Source: Fastidiosibacter lacustris
GTDB lineage: Bacteria > Pseudomonadota > Gammaproteobacteria > Francisellales > Francisellaceae
Length of the DNA: 32,000 nucleotides
Direction of reading: 5' to 3'
Assembly: GCF_003428155.1 (NCBI RefSeq)
Contig: NZ_QLIR01000004.1
Location: 60,001 to 92,000, forward strand
Part shown: positions 18,455 to 31,101 of the stretch, one piece after another
Position numbering within the stretch: the stretch's first letter is position 1
Layout: each line of letters opens with the position of its first letter
Program-made: the position numbers and the translations under genes
The notes under the pieces: generated by a model
What the model was told of the DNA's origin: nothing
What the model saw: only the letters and a program-made list of their open reading frames with translations
The model's database searches: none

Positions 18455-19273
18455 TTAGCGGGAACTGCTAATGTTGTTTTGATATTCGTGAGTACGTATG
18501 AAACAATTTTCTAGTTCTTTAGCATTAATCTTACAAGGAATATGCCCATTTACTGCGTCATGTAATTCCTTAGGATTAAGGTTTTTTAGATTTTTAAGCT
18601 GATGGGTGTTTAGATTATTGTAATACTCCTGTCCATCGTCATTTAAATGTAAATTTTTTTCTTTAAGATATTTGTCAATATAAGAAGCTCTATTTTCAGG
18701 ATTATTAATTGGCATGTCTTTAATCATAGTAAATAATATATCTTCATTTTTATTTGCTGGAGAATTAAAAACTTCTTTTTTGCTTTCCAAAAGGGTATTC
18801 ATTTGATTAAGCATTTTTGAAGAATTAGTTTCCATTGAAAACGCTGCTTTGAAATTGCCATTTAAAACGTTTCTAAAAAATTTAATAATTTGATAATGTG
18901 AATCAACAGTATTCCTGTGCTTGATAAATTCCTTATTATTACTTAAGACGTCTAATTCTTTTATTGCATTTTCTCTAAAATTTGAGAGTATATATTCGAT
19001 TTGATATTTAGGTTCAGCTTTAAACTGGGATAATTCGCCCTCTGTTCTAGTTACTATCTTTTTTAGATTATCTATAGTATTGAGTTTGTTATTTGCAAGT
19101 AATGAATTTTGAGATTTTAAATTCTGTATATATGATTTTAATAGATTTTCGAATAAATAAAATTTTTCTATTTCAATAAGATAATGAGGATGCGTCTTTA
19201 AATAATTTTGATTACTACATAAATAATTAGGTAGTTCATCCATGGAACGATTTAAGAAAGTAGACTTCGACAT
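18455..19273 (-). CDS. Hypothetical protein, hydrophilic, Asn/Lys/Glu-rich, predicted mostly helical
   Basis: 272 aa ORF without signal peptide or TM segment. No family recognised. Confidence 0.65.
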   Translation of the reverse strand: MSKSTFLNRSMDELPNYLCSNQNYLKTHPHYLIEIEKFYLFENLLKSYIQNLKSQNSLLANNKLNTIDNLKKIVTRTEGELSQFKAEPKYQIEYILSNFRENAIKELDVLSNNKEFIKHRNTVDSHYQIIKFFRNVLNGNFKAAFSMETNSSKMLNQMNTLLESKKEVFNSPANKNEDILFTMIKDMPINNPENRASYIDKYLKEKNLHLNDDGQEYYNNLNTHQLKNLKNLNPKELHDAVNGHIPCKINAKELENCFIRTHEYQNNISSSR

Positions 19274-19656
19274 GTAAATATTCTCTTTTTTAGCTTTCTT
19301 ACAATTATGCTGGTCAAATTATAACAATCCAGTCCAACATAAAATTTAGGACAAATAGGCTGATTTATTGTCAAAAATTGGGTTTTATCGCAAACTTTAC
19401 AATAATTAATGAAACTAATATTGTTTTTGCATTCAAACTCAAACATTTGATCAAATGTTGAATTTTATCGGTTGCGATTATTCAAAAGAGATCATTATGC
19501 AAGCTTTACAATTGTACCTATCCTATCCATTAAGCTATAGGCATGTATAAAAGAACTTACTAAAACTGTTGAAAGTATCTATGCCAATCTCTTTACAAAC
19601 GGCGATATTTACTTTTTGATAAGGTGGAGAGCATACCGACTCATACTGCTTTGATT

Positions 19657-21204
19657 TTAGTGATTTTTAAAATCTCTAACTCGTATCCCAAGCAGAAAAA
19701 TAGACATAAAATAACAGGCAATCCCTAGTATGATAAGCCAAACTAAACGGGTGACGCGTTGCATAAAATCGGCATGAAGCCAAAGTGAGGACTCTCCTTT
19801 AACAAGGTAAAGTACAGCTGACATAATAAGGCTTGCTAGTAGAACTTTAACAATAAGCGCGAAAAAAGCTGGCTCAAGTTGGAAATGGCTATAGCGATAT
19901 AAGGCATAAAATAGTAAAGCTGCATTAATAACTGCAGTTAGTGTAGTTGAAATGGCAAGTGCTAAATAGCCAAGCTCATGTGTATTTAAAATAGAAATTA
20001 AAATGATATTGCTGATAACATTGAATAAAATGCAAAACACTCCAATTTTTAATGCAACTTTTGTGTGATGTTTGGCATATAAAGCCGAAATAAGTACTTT
20101 AATTAACACAAAGGTAATGAGTCCAATGCCAAAAGAAATAAAAGCCCTTTGAGATTGGATGACATCAAAAGCTGTAAATTTACCATATTGAAAGAGGGTA
20201 GTAAGGACGGGATAGGATAAAACGCACATTCCACATGCTGCTGGAATGGTGATAACTAAGCTTAGCTTAATTCCCCAGTTGACAATTTGCTTAAATTGAA
20301 CATGAGTAATGGAGCGATTACTCAGTTTAGGTAGGATAGCAATAGCTAAAGCAATCCCCAAAATTCCTAATGGGAATTGATTCAAGCGGTCTGGATAATA
20401 AAGCCATGAAAGGCTACCGGTTTTTAAAAATGACGCAAATATCGTATCCAATAGTAAACTTATTTGTACAACGGAAGCCCCAATAATGCCTGGCAATAAG
20501 CGTTTGAGAATACGTTTAATGCAGTAAGAAGGTTTGCGAATAAGAGGGATGAGACTTATTTTTAAATACAAAATAGCTGGAATAAATAGTAACGTTTGGA
20601 GGATGCCAGCAATGAGCACACTCCAAGCAATTGCATAAATGGGTGAATTAAAGTAAGAAGTGTAGAGTATAAAAAGAATCATACAAAGGTTGAGCACTAT
20701 TGGCATAAACGCTGGCAGGAAAAAACGCTCGAATCGGTTTAAAAGCGCAGAAAATAGAGCGCTTAACGATATAAAGAACACATAAGGAAACATCACTTGC
20801 AATAATGATTTTGATAGTGCAAATTTGCTGGGGTCGTTGTAAAAACCAGGTGCGAATATGCTGATCCAAATGCTGGCAAAAATAAAGCCTAAAAACGCAA
20901 CAACAAGGCTTATGCCACCAATAAGGGTAATCAGTTGACGAAATAAATAATTTAAACGTTGATGTGTACTTTGCTTACTTAAACTAGGTACAAGCACTTG
21001 GCTTATTGAACCCTCAATAAAAAGTCTACGCATGAAATTAGGGACACGAAAAGCAACAATAAAAGCTTCCATTGCGCTAGTAGTACCAAAATATTTGGCA
21101 AATAACATATCGCGAGCAAATCCAAGTATGCGTGATAAAAAAGTGATGAATCCAAGTATTAAGGTTGATTTAAAGAGATCTTTTTTGTCTAATTGCGCAG
21201 ACAT
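19657..21204 (-). CDS. murJ: Lipid II flippase MurJ (MviN)
   Basis: Characteristic TLILGFITFLSRILGFARDMLFAKYFG...AFIVAFRVPNFMRRLFIEGSISQVLVP. Multi-spanning MOP-family protein. Confidence 0.95.
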   Translation of the reverse strand: MSAQLDKKDLFKSTLILGFITFLSRILGFARDMLFAKYFGTTSAMEAFIVAFRVPNFMRRLFIEGSISQVLVPSLSKQSTHQRLNYLFRQLITLIGGISLVVAFLGFIFASIWISIFAPGFYNDPSKFALSKSLLQVMFPYVFFISLSALFSALLNRFERFFLPAFMPIVLNLCMILFILYTSYFNSPIYAIAWSVLIAGILQTLLFIPAILYLKISLIPLIRKPSYCIKRILKRLLPGIIGASVVQISLLLDTIFASFLKTGSLSWLYYPDRLNQFPLGILGIALAIAILPKLSNRSITHVQFKQIVNWGIKLSLVITIPAACGMCVLSYPVLTTLFQYGKFTAFDVIQSQRAFISFGIGLITFVLIKVLISALYAKHHTKVALKIGVFCILFNVISNIILISILNTHELGYLALAISTTLTAVINAALLFYALYRYSHFQLEPAFFALIVKVLLASLIMSAVLYLVKGESSLWLHADFMQRVTRLVWLIILGIACYFMSIFLLGIRVRDFKNH

Positions 21205-21212
21205 TTATGCGC

Positions 21213-22616
21213 TTAAAATTTAGCGTTGCCAGGTGTGCGTGGAAAAGGGATTAAATCACGAATATTTGGCACACCTGTAATATAGCCTAACAAACGTTCA
21301 AATCCTAAGCCAAAACCACTATGTGGCACACTACCATAACGGCGAAGATCACGATACCAATATAAACCTTCTGCATCAACACCCGTTTCGGCAATGCGCT
21401 TATCCAGGATTTCAAGTCGATCTTCACGTTGACTGCCACCAATGATTTCACCGATGCCAGGGACGAGTATATCCATTGCGGCAACTGTTTTTTGATCATC
21501 GTTTAAACGCATATAAAATGCTTTAATATCCTTAGGGTAGTTCATGAGTACTACTGGGCTTTTGAAATGTTCTTCACATAAATAACGTTCATGCTCTGAT
21601 TGTAGATCCAAACCCCATTCCACAGGATACTCAAATTTCTTGCCACAGGTTTTTAGAATCTTGATTGCATCAGTGTATTGGACACGGACAAAATCGTTAT
21701 TAATGACGGAATTTAATTTATTGATTAGATTTTTTTCGATAAACTGCTCAAAGAACGCAATATCGTCTTTGCGCTCATCAATAACGGTTTTAATAACAGA
21801 TTTTAAGAGTTTTTCAGCAAGGTGTGCGTCATCATTTAAATCAGCAAATGCAATCTCTGGTTCTACCATCCAAAATTCAGCCAAATGTCTAGAAGTATTC
21901 GAATTTTCGGCTCTAAAAGTAGGACCAAAAGTATATACTTTGGATAGTGCCATACAGTAAGTTTCAACGTTTAACTGTCCTGATACGGTTAAAAAGGTTT
22001 CACCACCAAAAAAATCTTGACTGTAATCTATGTCCCCTTTGTCCGTTTTAGGTAAATTCAATTGATCCAAAGTGGAAACACGGAAGAGCTCGCCTGCACC
22101 TTCGCAATCGTTAGAGGTTAAGATAGGGGTGTTAACCCAGAAAAAACCTTCATGGTGAAAGAAATTATGAATTGCATTGGCAAGGCTGTGACGCATACGT
22201 GCAACTGCTCCGATAAGGTTGGTGCGCACACGCAGATGAGCATGCTCACGAAGATACTCCATCGTATGGCGTTTGGGTGAAACAGGATAAGTCTCAGGAT
22301 TATCGATCCAGCCGTGAACAATCACTTTATTGGCTTGGATTTCAACGCTTTGCCCCTTGCCCGCTGAGGCAACAAGTTTTCCACAGACTTCAACTGCACA
22401 ATCTTTGGTAAGACTTAAAATTTCATTTTGATAATTGGGAAGAGTGTTTTCGACAATCGCTTGGATGGGATCAAAGCACGAACCATCATGAATGGTTAGG
22501 AATGAAATCCCAGCTTTTGAGTCACGACGGCTTCGAATCCAGCCTTTAACGGTAATCTGTTGATCAATTAAATCAGCACGTGAAAAAAGTTCTTTTGCCG
22601 TATACGTTTGTGACAT
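21213..22616 (-). CDS. asnS: Asparagine--tRNA ligase
   Basis: Class II aaRS motifs [22 protein letters not shown] and [30 protein letters not shown]. Confidence 0.96.
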   Translation of the reverse strand: MSQTYTAKELFSRADLIDQQITVKGWIRSRRDSKAGISFLTIHDGSCFDPIQAIVENTLPNYQNEILSLTKDCAVEVCGKLVASAGKGQSVEIQANKVIVHGWIDNPETYPVSPKRHTMEYLREHAHLRVRTNLIGAVARMRHSLANAIHNFFHHEGFFWVNTPILTSNDCEGAGELFRVSTLDQLNLPKTDKGDIDYSQDFFGGETFLTVSGQLNVETYCMALSKVYTFGPTFRAENSNTSRHLAEFWMVEPEIAFADLNDDAHLAEKLLKSVIKTVIDERKDDIAFFEQFIEKNLINKLNSVINNDFVRVQYTDAIKILKTCGKKFEYPVEWGLDLQSEHERYLCEEHFKSPVVLMNYPKDIKAFYMRLNDDQKTVAAMDILVPGIGEIIGGSQREDRLEILDKRIAETGVDAEGLYWYRDLRRYGSVPHSGFGLGFERLLGYITGVPNIRDLIPFPRTPGNAKF

Positions 22617-22881
22617 AGTGATACTTACCTATTTGTTTTATAGTTTTTGGGGGGTATTGATATAGGTGAGAGATTATAACGAGATTTATAAATAAGCGAT
22701 AGAATAAGATTGCAAGTTAGATTAACTGTGTTTTTTGTGCGCCATATAAATTTGAGGTATTCTAAATTGACTCTATATAATCAAAAGCGCGTGAACTTAT
22801 CCAAAAAAATGGTCTGCAAAGTTTTGAAAAGCCTATGTGAATCTTGCTGAAAGAAAATAAGATGTTAACCGTTCACCCTAA

Positions 22882-22919
22882 ACTTTTTGTTTCAGTACTT
22901 ACTTTTTGTTTCAGTACTT
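22882..22919. repeat. Perfect 19-bp tandem duplication (actttttgtttcagtactt x2)
   Basis: Two adjacent identical copies, 22882-22900 and 22901-22919, between asnS and the tRNA. Confidence 0.95.
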
Positions 22920-23032
22920 CAAGTGTGTTATACAAAGAAAAGGCAAATGTCAAAAATATTGATTAATTATTTAAAAACTTGAACTTAAGACTTGCAATTT
23001 AAAAAAGAATTGTTAATATGTCTCGCAGTTGA

Positions 23033-23109
<77 letters not shown>

Positions 23110-23133
23110 ACCAAATAAATATCGAGATTTTCG

Positions 23134-23152
23134 GGCCCTGTTGGGCCTTTTT
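23134..23152 (+). terminator. Rho-independent terminator after the tRNA
   Basis: GGCCC-tgtt-GGGCC followed by TTTTT. Confidence 0.7.
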
Positions 23153-23163
23153 GTTTTGTAGAT

Positions 23164-23191
23164 AAAAAGGACTCGTAGTGGTCCTTTTTTT
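23164..23191 (+). terminator. Second rho-independent terminator-like hairpin before rimP
   Basis: AAAAAGGAC-tcgtagtg-GTCCTTTTTTT. Confidence 0.75.
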
Positions 23192-23214
23192 ATATCCAAG
23201 GAGTATATTGGGGA

Positions 23215-23679
23215 ATGTTAATCGATCAATTAAAGAACCTTGTAGAGCCAGAAGTACAAGCGCTAGGTTTTATTCTGTGGGGAATCGAGATGGATGCGTA
23301 TTCTGTTGATACAGGTGCGGTGACTTTGCGTATATTTATTGATCATGAGGAAGGTATTTCAATAGATGATTGCCAAGAGGTTAGCCAAGCAGTAAGTGCG
23401 ATTTTGGATGTTGAAGATCCAATCAGTGGAACCTATTCTTTAGAGGTGTCTTCTCCTGGTATGAATCGCCGAGTGTTTAACGCCAAACAGGCAGGAGCAT
23501 TAGAAGGGTTTAAGGTAAAAGTACAGTTGCACCAGCCAACTGAAAATAATCGCCGCCGTTTTGAAGGTGCTATTACTGAAGTAAATGGTGAGTTGGTGAC
23601 GATTAAAACAGAAGAGGGTGAAGTGATTGGCTTCGATTTTGCTAACGTTGACAAAATGCGTGTTGTGCCAAAGTTTTAA
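23215..23679 (+). CDS. rimP: Ribosome maturation factor RimP
   Basis: LEVSSPGMNRRVF motif (LEVSSPGxxR), 154 aa, upstream of nusA. Confidence 0.95.
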   Translation: MLIDQLKNLVEPEVQALGFILWGIEMDAYSVDTGAVTLRIFIDHEEGISIDDCQEVSQAVSAILDVEDPISGTYSLEVSSPGMNRRVFNAKQAGALEGFKVKVQLHQPTENNRRRFEGAITEVNGELVTIKTEEGEVIGFDFANVDKMRVVPKF

Positions 23680-23703
23680 ATTGAAAGTGAAAAGGTGGAC
23701 GTG

Positions 23704-25185
23704 ATGAGTAAAGAATTACTGTTAGTAATTGAAACCGTAGCCAACGAAAAAGAGGTTTCAAGAGATTTGCTTTTTTCAGCAATGGAAGAAGCTTTGGCAA
23801 TGGCGACAAAAAAACGCTTTGAAGAAGGTGCTGAAATCATTGTTAGAATAGATAAAAAAACAGGTAATTATGAAACTTTCCGCCAATGGCAAATCGTTGA
23901 TGAAGATCATGAAATTGAGAATTATGCCGCAGAGCTTTATGTAGATGTGGCATGTGAAAAAGGTCATAATGTTAAAGTTGGTGATATATTAGAAGAAGCT
24001 GTTGAATCAGTTGAATTTGGACGTATTGCTGCAATGACAGCAAAACAGATCATCATGCAGAAAGTGCGTGATGAAGAACGTAGACAAATGGTTTCGAAGT
24101 TCCGTGATAAAGTTGGTAGAATTGTTTACGGTGAAGTTAAACGTGTGACACGTGATTTTTTAATTGTTGATTTGGGTGATGATGCTGAAGGTGTATTACC
24201 ACGTAAAGAGTTGGTATCTAAAGAAAATTATCGTTTAAATGATAAGTTAAGAGCTTGTATTTTAAGGATCGATGAAGATGTCAAGGGTCAACAAATCATT
24301 TTAACACGTGCGCACAAAAAAATGCTACATGCGTTATTGATATTAGAAGTACCTGAAGTAGCAGAAGAACTAATGGATATTGTCGGTATTGCCCGGGATC
24401 CTGGTTCGCGTGCTAAAGTTGCGGTAAAGTCAAATGATAAACGGATTGATCCTGTCGGTGCATGTGTTGGTATGCGTGGTTCACGTATTCAAGCTATTAC
24501 CAATGAGTTGCAAGGTGAGCGAGTGGACATTGTGTTATGGGATGAGAATCCTGCACAATTTGTGATTAACGCATTGGCTCCTGCTGAGGTAACTTCTATT
24601 GTGCAAGATGAAGATAGGCAATCGATGCAAGTAGCAGTCAAAGAAGATCAATTATCACAAGCAATTGGTAAAAGTGGTCAGAATGTGCGCTTAGCAACGG
24701 CATTAACAGGTTGGCATATCAATGTGATTGCCGATACAGTTGCGGAAAAAACACATCAGGCAGAGTTGCAAAAAAGCATGCAATTATTTATCGAAGCACT
24801 TGATATTGATCAAGATGTTGCTGAAGCTTTGGTTGAAGAAGGATTTTCAACATTGGAAGAAGTCGCCTATGTTGCACGCGATGAAATGTTAGCGATAGAG
24901 GGCTTTGATAATGAAATTTGTGAAGAGTTGCAAGAGCGTGCTAAAACCGCGCTTATTTCACAAGCACTTGCCGGCAATAAGCCAGCAGAAGATTTGTTAA
25001 AAATGGAAGGAATGACACCAGAGTGGGCGCAAGTTTTAGCAGATAATAATGTGATCACAATGGAAGACTTAGCAGAGTTGGCAGTAGATGATCTAAGAGA
25101 GTTTATTACTATATCGGAAGATCAGGCTGCAGCTTTGATTATGACTGCACGTGCGCCTTGGTTTGATGAAGATAAGAAAAAGTAG
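23704..25185 (+). CDS. nusA: Transcription termination/antitermination protein NusA
   Basis: MSKELLLVIETVANEK start; S1/KH region VDPVGACVGMRGSRIQAITNELQGERVDIV; repeated C-terminal acidic domains. ATG at 23704 preferred over the listed GTG at 23695. Confidence 0.96.
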   Translation: MSKELLLVIETVANEKEVSRDLLFSAMEEALAMATKKRFEEGAEIIVRIDKKTGNYETFRQWQIVDEDHEIENYAAELYVDVACEKGHNVKVGDILEEAVESVEFGRIAAMTAKQIIMQKVRDEERRQMVSKFRDKVGRIVYGEVKRVTRDFLIVDLGDDAEGVLPRKELVSKENYRLNDKLRACILRIDEDVKGQQIILTRAHKKMLHALLILEVPEVAEELMDIVGIARDPGSRAKVAVKSNDKRIDPVGACVGMRGSRIQAITNELQGERVDIVLWDENPAQFVINALAPAEVTSIVQDEDRQSMQVAVKEDQLSQAIGKSGQNVRLATALTGWHINVIADTVAEKTHQAELQKSMQLFIEALDIDQDVAEALVEEGFSTLEEVAYVARDEMLAIEGFDNEICEELQERAKTALISQALAGNKPAEDLLKMEGMTPEWAQVLADNNVITMEDLAELAVDDLREFITISEDQAAALIMTARAPWFDEDKKK

Positions 25186-25194
25186 GGGGTAGTC

Positions 25195-27933
25195 ATGGCA
25201 GAAATTACAGTGGCTCAGTTAGCCAAGCTAATCAAAATTGATGAAAAAGTGCTGCTAGAAAAATTGGAGCAATCTGGGGTGCACAAAAAAAGTGTAAGCG
25301 ACGTAGTTAGTGATGCAGAAAAAAATCAGTTACTTGTGTTTATTCAAAGCGGCAGTGCAGTTCAAGCCAAATCAGTTACTTTACAACGCAAAACCACCAA
25401 GCAGTTAAAAGTTTCAGGTAATCGCAAGGTGAATATTGAAGTCCGCAAAAAGAAAACATTTGCAGCCCCCACTTTGGATGGGCATGAGTCCCATAAAAGT
25501 AAGCATGATGAGGAGATTGAGTTAGAAAAAGTCACTCAAGATGATCATCAGCCAGATTCAGGGCTTGAAAGTTATGCTGAAACAGCTAAAACTGAGTACC
25601 AAAATATGGATGCTAGTGAAGTGAAATTTGAACACGATGCTGTAGCGCATCAAGTTAAACGGCAAGCTCAAAAAGAAAATAAAGCAAAAGAATCGATTGA
25701 AGATAAGCGACAAGAATTAAAGTCAAGTGTTGAAAAGGCTATTCCTAAACCTAAGATGCCTGCTAAAGTTGATAAAAAAACAGTCATGCCAGGAGCTGCT
25801 GACCAAATTTTCGACGAGGAGTTAGCTACTCTTTTACCCGCTGCTAAAGTAGAGAAAGTAGAAAAACCTAGCAGTGGTGGCTTTAAAATTACATCAAGAC
25901 CAGAGTCCGTTACTCCTATAGTGGAAAATGAGGATGAGTCTAAAGTTAAAACCCCTCCCAAGAAGCAAGTAGAAAAACCTAAACGTAAGCAAAGTGAAGA
26001 AGAGGATGAAGCGGTACACAAGCTAAACAAAAAATCAAAGGTTAGTAAAAAGTCGTCAAGAAGTATTTATGACGAAGAAGAAGACTATGAAACATTTGTA
26101 CGTAAATCCTCTAAACCTAAGAAGTTACAAGTTAATAAAGTCAAAACTCAGCAATTTACAAAACCTGTCGAGAAGGTAACAAAGCAGGTTGTGATTTTTG
26201 AAGGTATGACAGTTAATGAGTTAGCACAAAAGATGGCGGTTAAGGCTGCTGAGCTTATTAAGATACTGTTTAAAATGGGTCTAATGGCAACTATTAATCA
26301 GCCATTAGATCAAGAAACAGCAATCTTCATTGTTGAAGAGTTGGGGCATGAGTATACTTTGCACAAAGGAGACGTGATTGAGGATACTGTGTTAATTGAC
26401 TCATCCGATCAAGAGGCATTACCAAGAGCGCCAGTTGTTACAATCATGGGGCATGTGGATCACGGTAAAACCTCTCTTTTAGACTATATTCGCAAAACAC
26501 GGGTTGCTATTGGCGAAGCAGGTGGCATTACTCAACACATTGGTGCTTATGCAGTAAAAACACTAAAAGGTCAAATTACTTTCTTAGATACACCTGGACA
26601 CGAAGCCTTTACAGCTATGCGTGCACGTGGTGCAAGCAGTACCGATATCGTTATTCTTGTTGTCGCAGCAGATGATGGTGTGATGCCACAGACAAAAGAA
26701 GCAATCCAGCATGCGCGTGCAGCTGGAGTGCCAATCGTTGTAGCCGTTAATAAAATGGATAAACCTGAGGCTGATCCAGATCGTATTAAAACAGAGTTAT
26801 CTCAGTTGGATGTTATTGCTGAAGACTGGGGTGGCGATGTCATGTTTGCCTATGTTTCAGCAAAGTCTGGTCAAGGTATTGATGATTTATTAGATGCGGT
26901 GTTATTGCAAGCTGAAGTGCTTGAACTTAAAGCTGTTCAAAAAGGTTTTGCTAAAGGTATAGTCATTGAGTCACGCTTAGATAAAGGGCATGGTGCAGTT
27001 GCTTCTGTGCTTGTTCAAAGTGGGGAATTAAATCAGGGTGATATTGTGCTTTGTGGAACGGAATATGGTCGCATTCGCATGATGATGAATGATTTAGGGC
27101 AAAAAATTGATCGAGCCACGCCATCGATGCCTGTTGAAATTTTAGGGCTCTCAAACGTGACAAATGCAGGGGATGAGATGGTTGCGGTTAAAGATGAGAA
27201 AACAGCGCGTGAAGTAGCAGAATTTAGGGCTCATAAGAAAAAGGATGAACGTTTAAAACAACAACAAGCAAGCAAACTTTCAAGCTTATTTGATCGCATG
27301 GGCGAGTCCAGTGGCGAACGTCAAACGCTCAATGTAATTGTAAAAGCAGACGTTCAAGGTTCAGTTGAAGCGATTCGAGAATCACTTGTGAAGTTATCAA
27401 ATGATGATATCAAGGTAGAGGTTATTGCTTCAGGCATAGGTGGAATCACGATTTCAGATGTTTCACTTGCAGTTGCTTCACAAGCTGTTTTGTTTGGTTT
27501 TAATGTTCGTGCTGATGCAGTAGCACGAAAGCAAGCTGAGATAGATGGTATTGAGCTTCGTTATTACGGTATCATTTATGATTTGATTGATGATGTGAGG
27601 CAAGCAATGTCTGGGATGTTGTCGCCTGAGCTTCGTGAACAAATCATTGGCATTGCTGAAGTGCGTGATGTCTTTAGGTCATCTAAGTATGGTGCGATTG
27701 CAGGATGTATGGTTGTTGATGGTGTGATTAAGCGCCATAACCCAATTCGTGTGTTGCGTGATCAAGTGGTGATTTATGAAGGCTCTCTTGAGTCGTTAAA
27801 GCGCTTTAAAGATGATGCGTCTGAAGTCAAAAAAGGTTTTGAATGTGGTATTGGTGTTAGAAATTATAATGATGTTAAAGTTGGCGACCAAATCGAAGTA
27901 TTTGAGACAGTTGAAGTCAAAAGAGAGCTTTAA
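25195..27933 (+). CDS. infB: Translation initiation factor IF-2
   Basis: G domain [36 protein letters not shown]. Confidence 0.98.
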   Translation: MAEITVAQLAKLIKIDEKVLLEKLEQSGVHKKSVSDVVSDAEKNQLLVFIQSGSAVQAKSVTLQRKTTKQLKVSGNRKVNIEVRKKKTFAAPTLDGHESHKSKHDEEIELEKVTQDDHQPDSGLESYAETAKTEYQNMDASEVKFEHDAVAHQVKRQAQKENKAKESIEDKRQELKSSVEKAIPKPKMPAKVDKKTVMPGAADQIFDEELATLLPAAKVEKVEKPSSGGFKITSRPESVTPIVENEDESKVKTPPKKQVEKPKRKQSEEEDEAVHKLNKKSKVSKKSSRSIYDEEEDYETFVRKSSKPKKLQVNKVKTQQFTKPVEKVTKQVVIFEGMTVNELAQKMAVKAAELIKILFKMGLMATINQPLDQETAIFIVEELGHEYTLHKGDVIEDTVLIDSSDQEALPRAPVVTIMGHVDHGKTSLLDYIRKTRVAIGEAGGITQHIGAYAVKTLKGQITFLDTPGHEAFTAMRARGASSTDIVILVVAADDGVMPQTKEAIQHARAAGVPIVVAVNKMDKPEADPDRIKTELSQLDVIAEDWGGDVMFAYVSAKSGQGIDDLLDAVLLQAEVLELKAVQKGFAKGIVIESRLDKGHGAVASVLVQSGELNQGDIVLCGTEYGRIRMMMNDLGQKIDRATPSMPVEILGLSNVTNAGDEMVAVKDEKTAREVAEFRAHKKKDERLKQQQASKLSSLFDRMGESSGERQTLNVIVKADVQGSVEAIRESLVKLSNDDIKVEVIASGIGGITISDVSLAVASQAVLFGFNVRADAVARKQAEIDGIELRYYGIIYDLIDDVRQAMSGMLSPELREQIIGIAEVRDVFRSSKYGAIAGCMVVDGVIKRHNPIRVLRDQVVIYEGSLESLKRFKDDASEVKKGFECGIGVRNYNDVKVGDQIEVFETVEVKREL

Positions 27934-27935
27934 TT

Positions 27936-28373
27936 ATGGCAAGTAGTTCGCGTGTGGCACGTGTCGCTGATGAAATTCAAAAAATTATTGTTTCTCTTTT
28001 GGTGACAAAAGTTAGAGATCCTCGTTTAAAATGGGTTTCAATAACAGCTGTTGACGTTTCCAAAGACTTATCTTATGCCAAGGTTTTTTTCTCATCTTTA
28101 AATAAAGAAGTAAAACCTGAAGATATCGTTAAGGCATTTAAATCAGCAACAGGTTTTTTTCGCACAAGTTTGGCTAAAGAGTTACACTTACGCGTAGCAC
28201 CTGCGCTATGCTTTTTCTATGACGATTCATTGATTTATGGTAACAAAATGAATGAATTGATTGAAAAAGCACGCAAAGAAGATGCTGATTTTATCAAGGA
28301 GGAAGATGATGGTGTGAGGGATGAGAAAAAAACTGATCAGAATGACAGTAGTCCAAGAGAGCGGTTGCGTTAA
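27936..28373 (+). CDS. rbfA: 30S ribosome-binding factor A
   Basis: RVARVADEIQKII...VRDPRLKWVSITAVDVSKDLSYAKVFFS. Confidence 0.95.
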   Translation: MASSSRVARVADEIQKIIVSLLVTKVRDPRLKWVSITAVDVSKDLSYAKVFFSSLNKEVKPEDIVKAFKSATGFFRTSLAKELHLRVAPALCFFYDDSLIYGNKMNELIEKARKEDADFIKEEDDGVRDEKKTDQNDSSPRERLR

Positions 28374-28451
28374 AAGAATATTTTTTCGCTTGCACCTTCG
28401 GCTGTCGCTCTATATACTTCATGGCGTAAAATTAAGGGATAGAAACAAAAT

Positions 28452-29644
<1,193 letters not shown>

Positions 29645-29663
29645 AGACAAAGCGTTTGTTTAA

Positions 29664-30011
<348 letters not shown>

Positions 30012-30050
30012 TTCAAAATAGGTCCTGAACATATCCACAAAGGAGAACTC

Positions 30051-30521
30051 ATGGATATAAATATTACTCTAATTGGGCAGATGATTACTTTTATCATCTT
30101 TGTCAGCTTTACAATGAAATTCGTTTGGCCACCGCTTAAAAAAGCGATGGATGATCGTAGAGCAAAAATTGCTGACGGTTTGGCTTCAGTTGATCGTGCT
30201 GAAAAAGAGCTAGAAGTTGCTCGTAGAAAAGCAAATGAGTTGGTTAAAGAAGCGAAAGCACAAGCAACGAAAATTATTGAGCAAGCAAATATGCGTGCGA
30301 TAAAAATTGATGAAGAAGCAAAAGAAACAGCAAGGTTTGATGCTGAACGTATTCGCAAAGCAGCACATGATGAAGCAGAGGCTCATATGCGTGCAATGAA
30401 GCAAAAGCTCCGTAAAGAAGTTGTTGGCATCGCTGTTGCAGGTGCTGAAAAACTCATTGGTAAGAACATTGATATGGTCGCCAATAATCACTTATTGGAA
30501 GAGATGGCGGCAGAGCTTTAA
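30051..30521 (+). CDS. atpF: ATP synthase F0 subunit b
   Basis: [36 protein letters not shown]..., 156 aa. AAGGAGA ribosome-binding site. Confidence 0.96.
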   Translation: MDINITLIGQMITFIIFVSFTMKFVWPPLKKAMDDRRAKIADGLASVDRAEKELEVARRKANELVKEAKAQATKIIEQANMRAIKIDEEAKETARFDAERIRKAAHDEAEAHMRAMKQKLRKEVVGIAVAGAEKLIGKNIDMVANNHLLEEMAAEL

Positions 30522-30539
30522 ACAATTAAGAGGTGACAA

Positions 30540-31076
30540 ATGGCAGACTTAATCCCTATTGCAAGACCTTACGCGCAAGCTGCATATGAATATGCTAAGG
30601 CGCATAATTCACTTGCAAAGTGGAACAGCATGCTCTTGAACTTGTCTGAGTGCATAGTGAATGATGAGATTGTATTGCTACTGGATAATCCTGCCTACTC
30701 TCAAAAAGAAGTTTCAACGCTGATATTGGATGTTCTTGCAAGTGGGTTAGACGAGCATGGTAAAAATTTTGTTATGATCGCTGCTGAACATAATCGTTTG
30801 GCGATTATTCCAACCATCTATAATTTGTTTTTGTTATATAAAGCAGAAGATGAAAAGGCAAAGAAAGCAAAGTTTACGACTGCGTTTCCAGTCTTAGAAG
30901 TGGAAATAGAGAAACTAAAAAAGAGGCTTGAGCAAAAATATCAGTGTGCAATTGAGGTAGAAATGGCAGTTGACTCAAGCTTGATTGGTGGCGCCATAAT
31001 TGTAATTGGCGATCAAGTGATCGATGGTTCGATTAAAGGCAAACTGCAAAAGCTGAAGTATGAACTACAAGCTTAA
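30540..31076 (+). CDS. atpH: ATP synthase F1 subunit delta
   Basis: ARPYAQAAYEYAKA... and C-terminal VDSSLIGGAIIVIGDQVIDGSIKGKLQKL. Confidence 0.96.
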   Translation: MADLIPIARPYAQAAYEYAKAHNSLAKWNSMLLNLSECIVNDEIVLLLDNPAYSQKEVSTLILDVLASGLDEHGKNFVMIAAEHNRLAIIPTIYNLFLLYKAEDEKAKKAKFTTAFPVLEVEIEKLKKRLEQKYQCAIEVEMAVDSSLIGGAIIVIGDQVIDGSIKGKLQKLKYELQA

Positions 31077-31101
31077 TAAAAGATTAATAGGAAGATAGTG
31101 T

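Noticed and set aside
19252-19446. Short minus-strand ORF upstream of the orphan gene
   Set aside because: Overlaps the orphan gene start in another frame, with no ribosome-binding site noted and no recognisable features. Probably intergenic noise.
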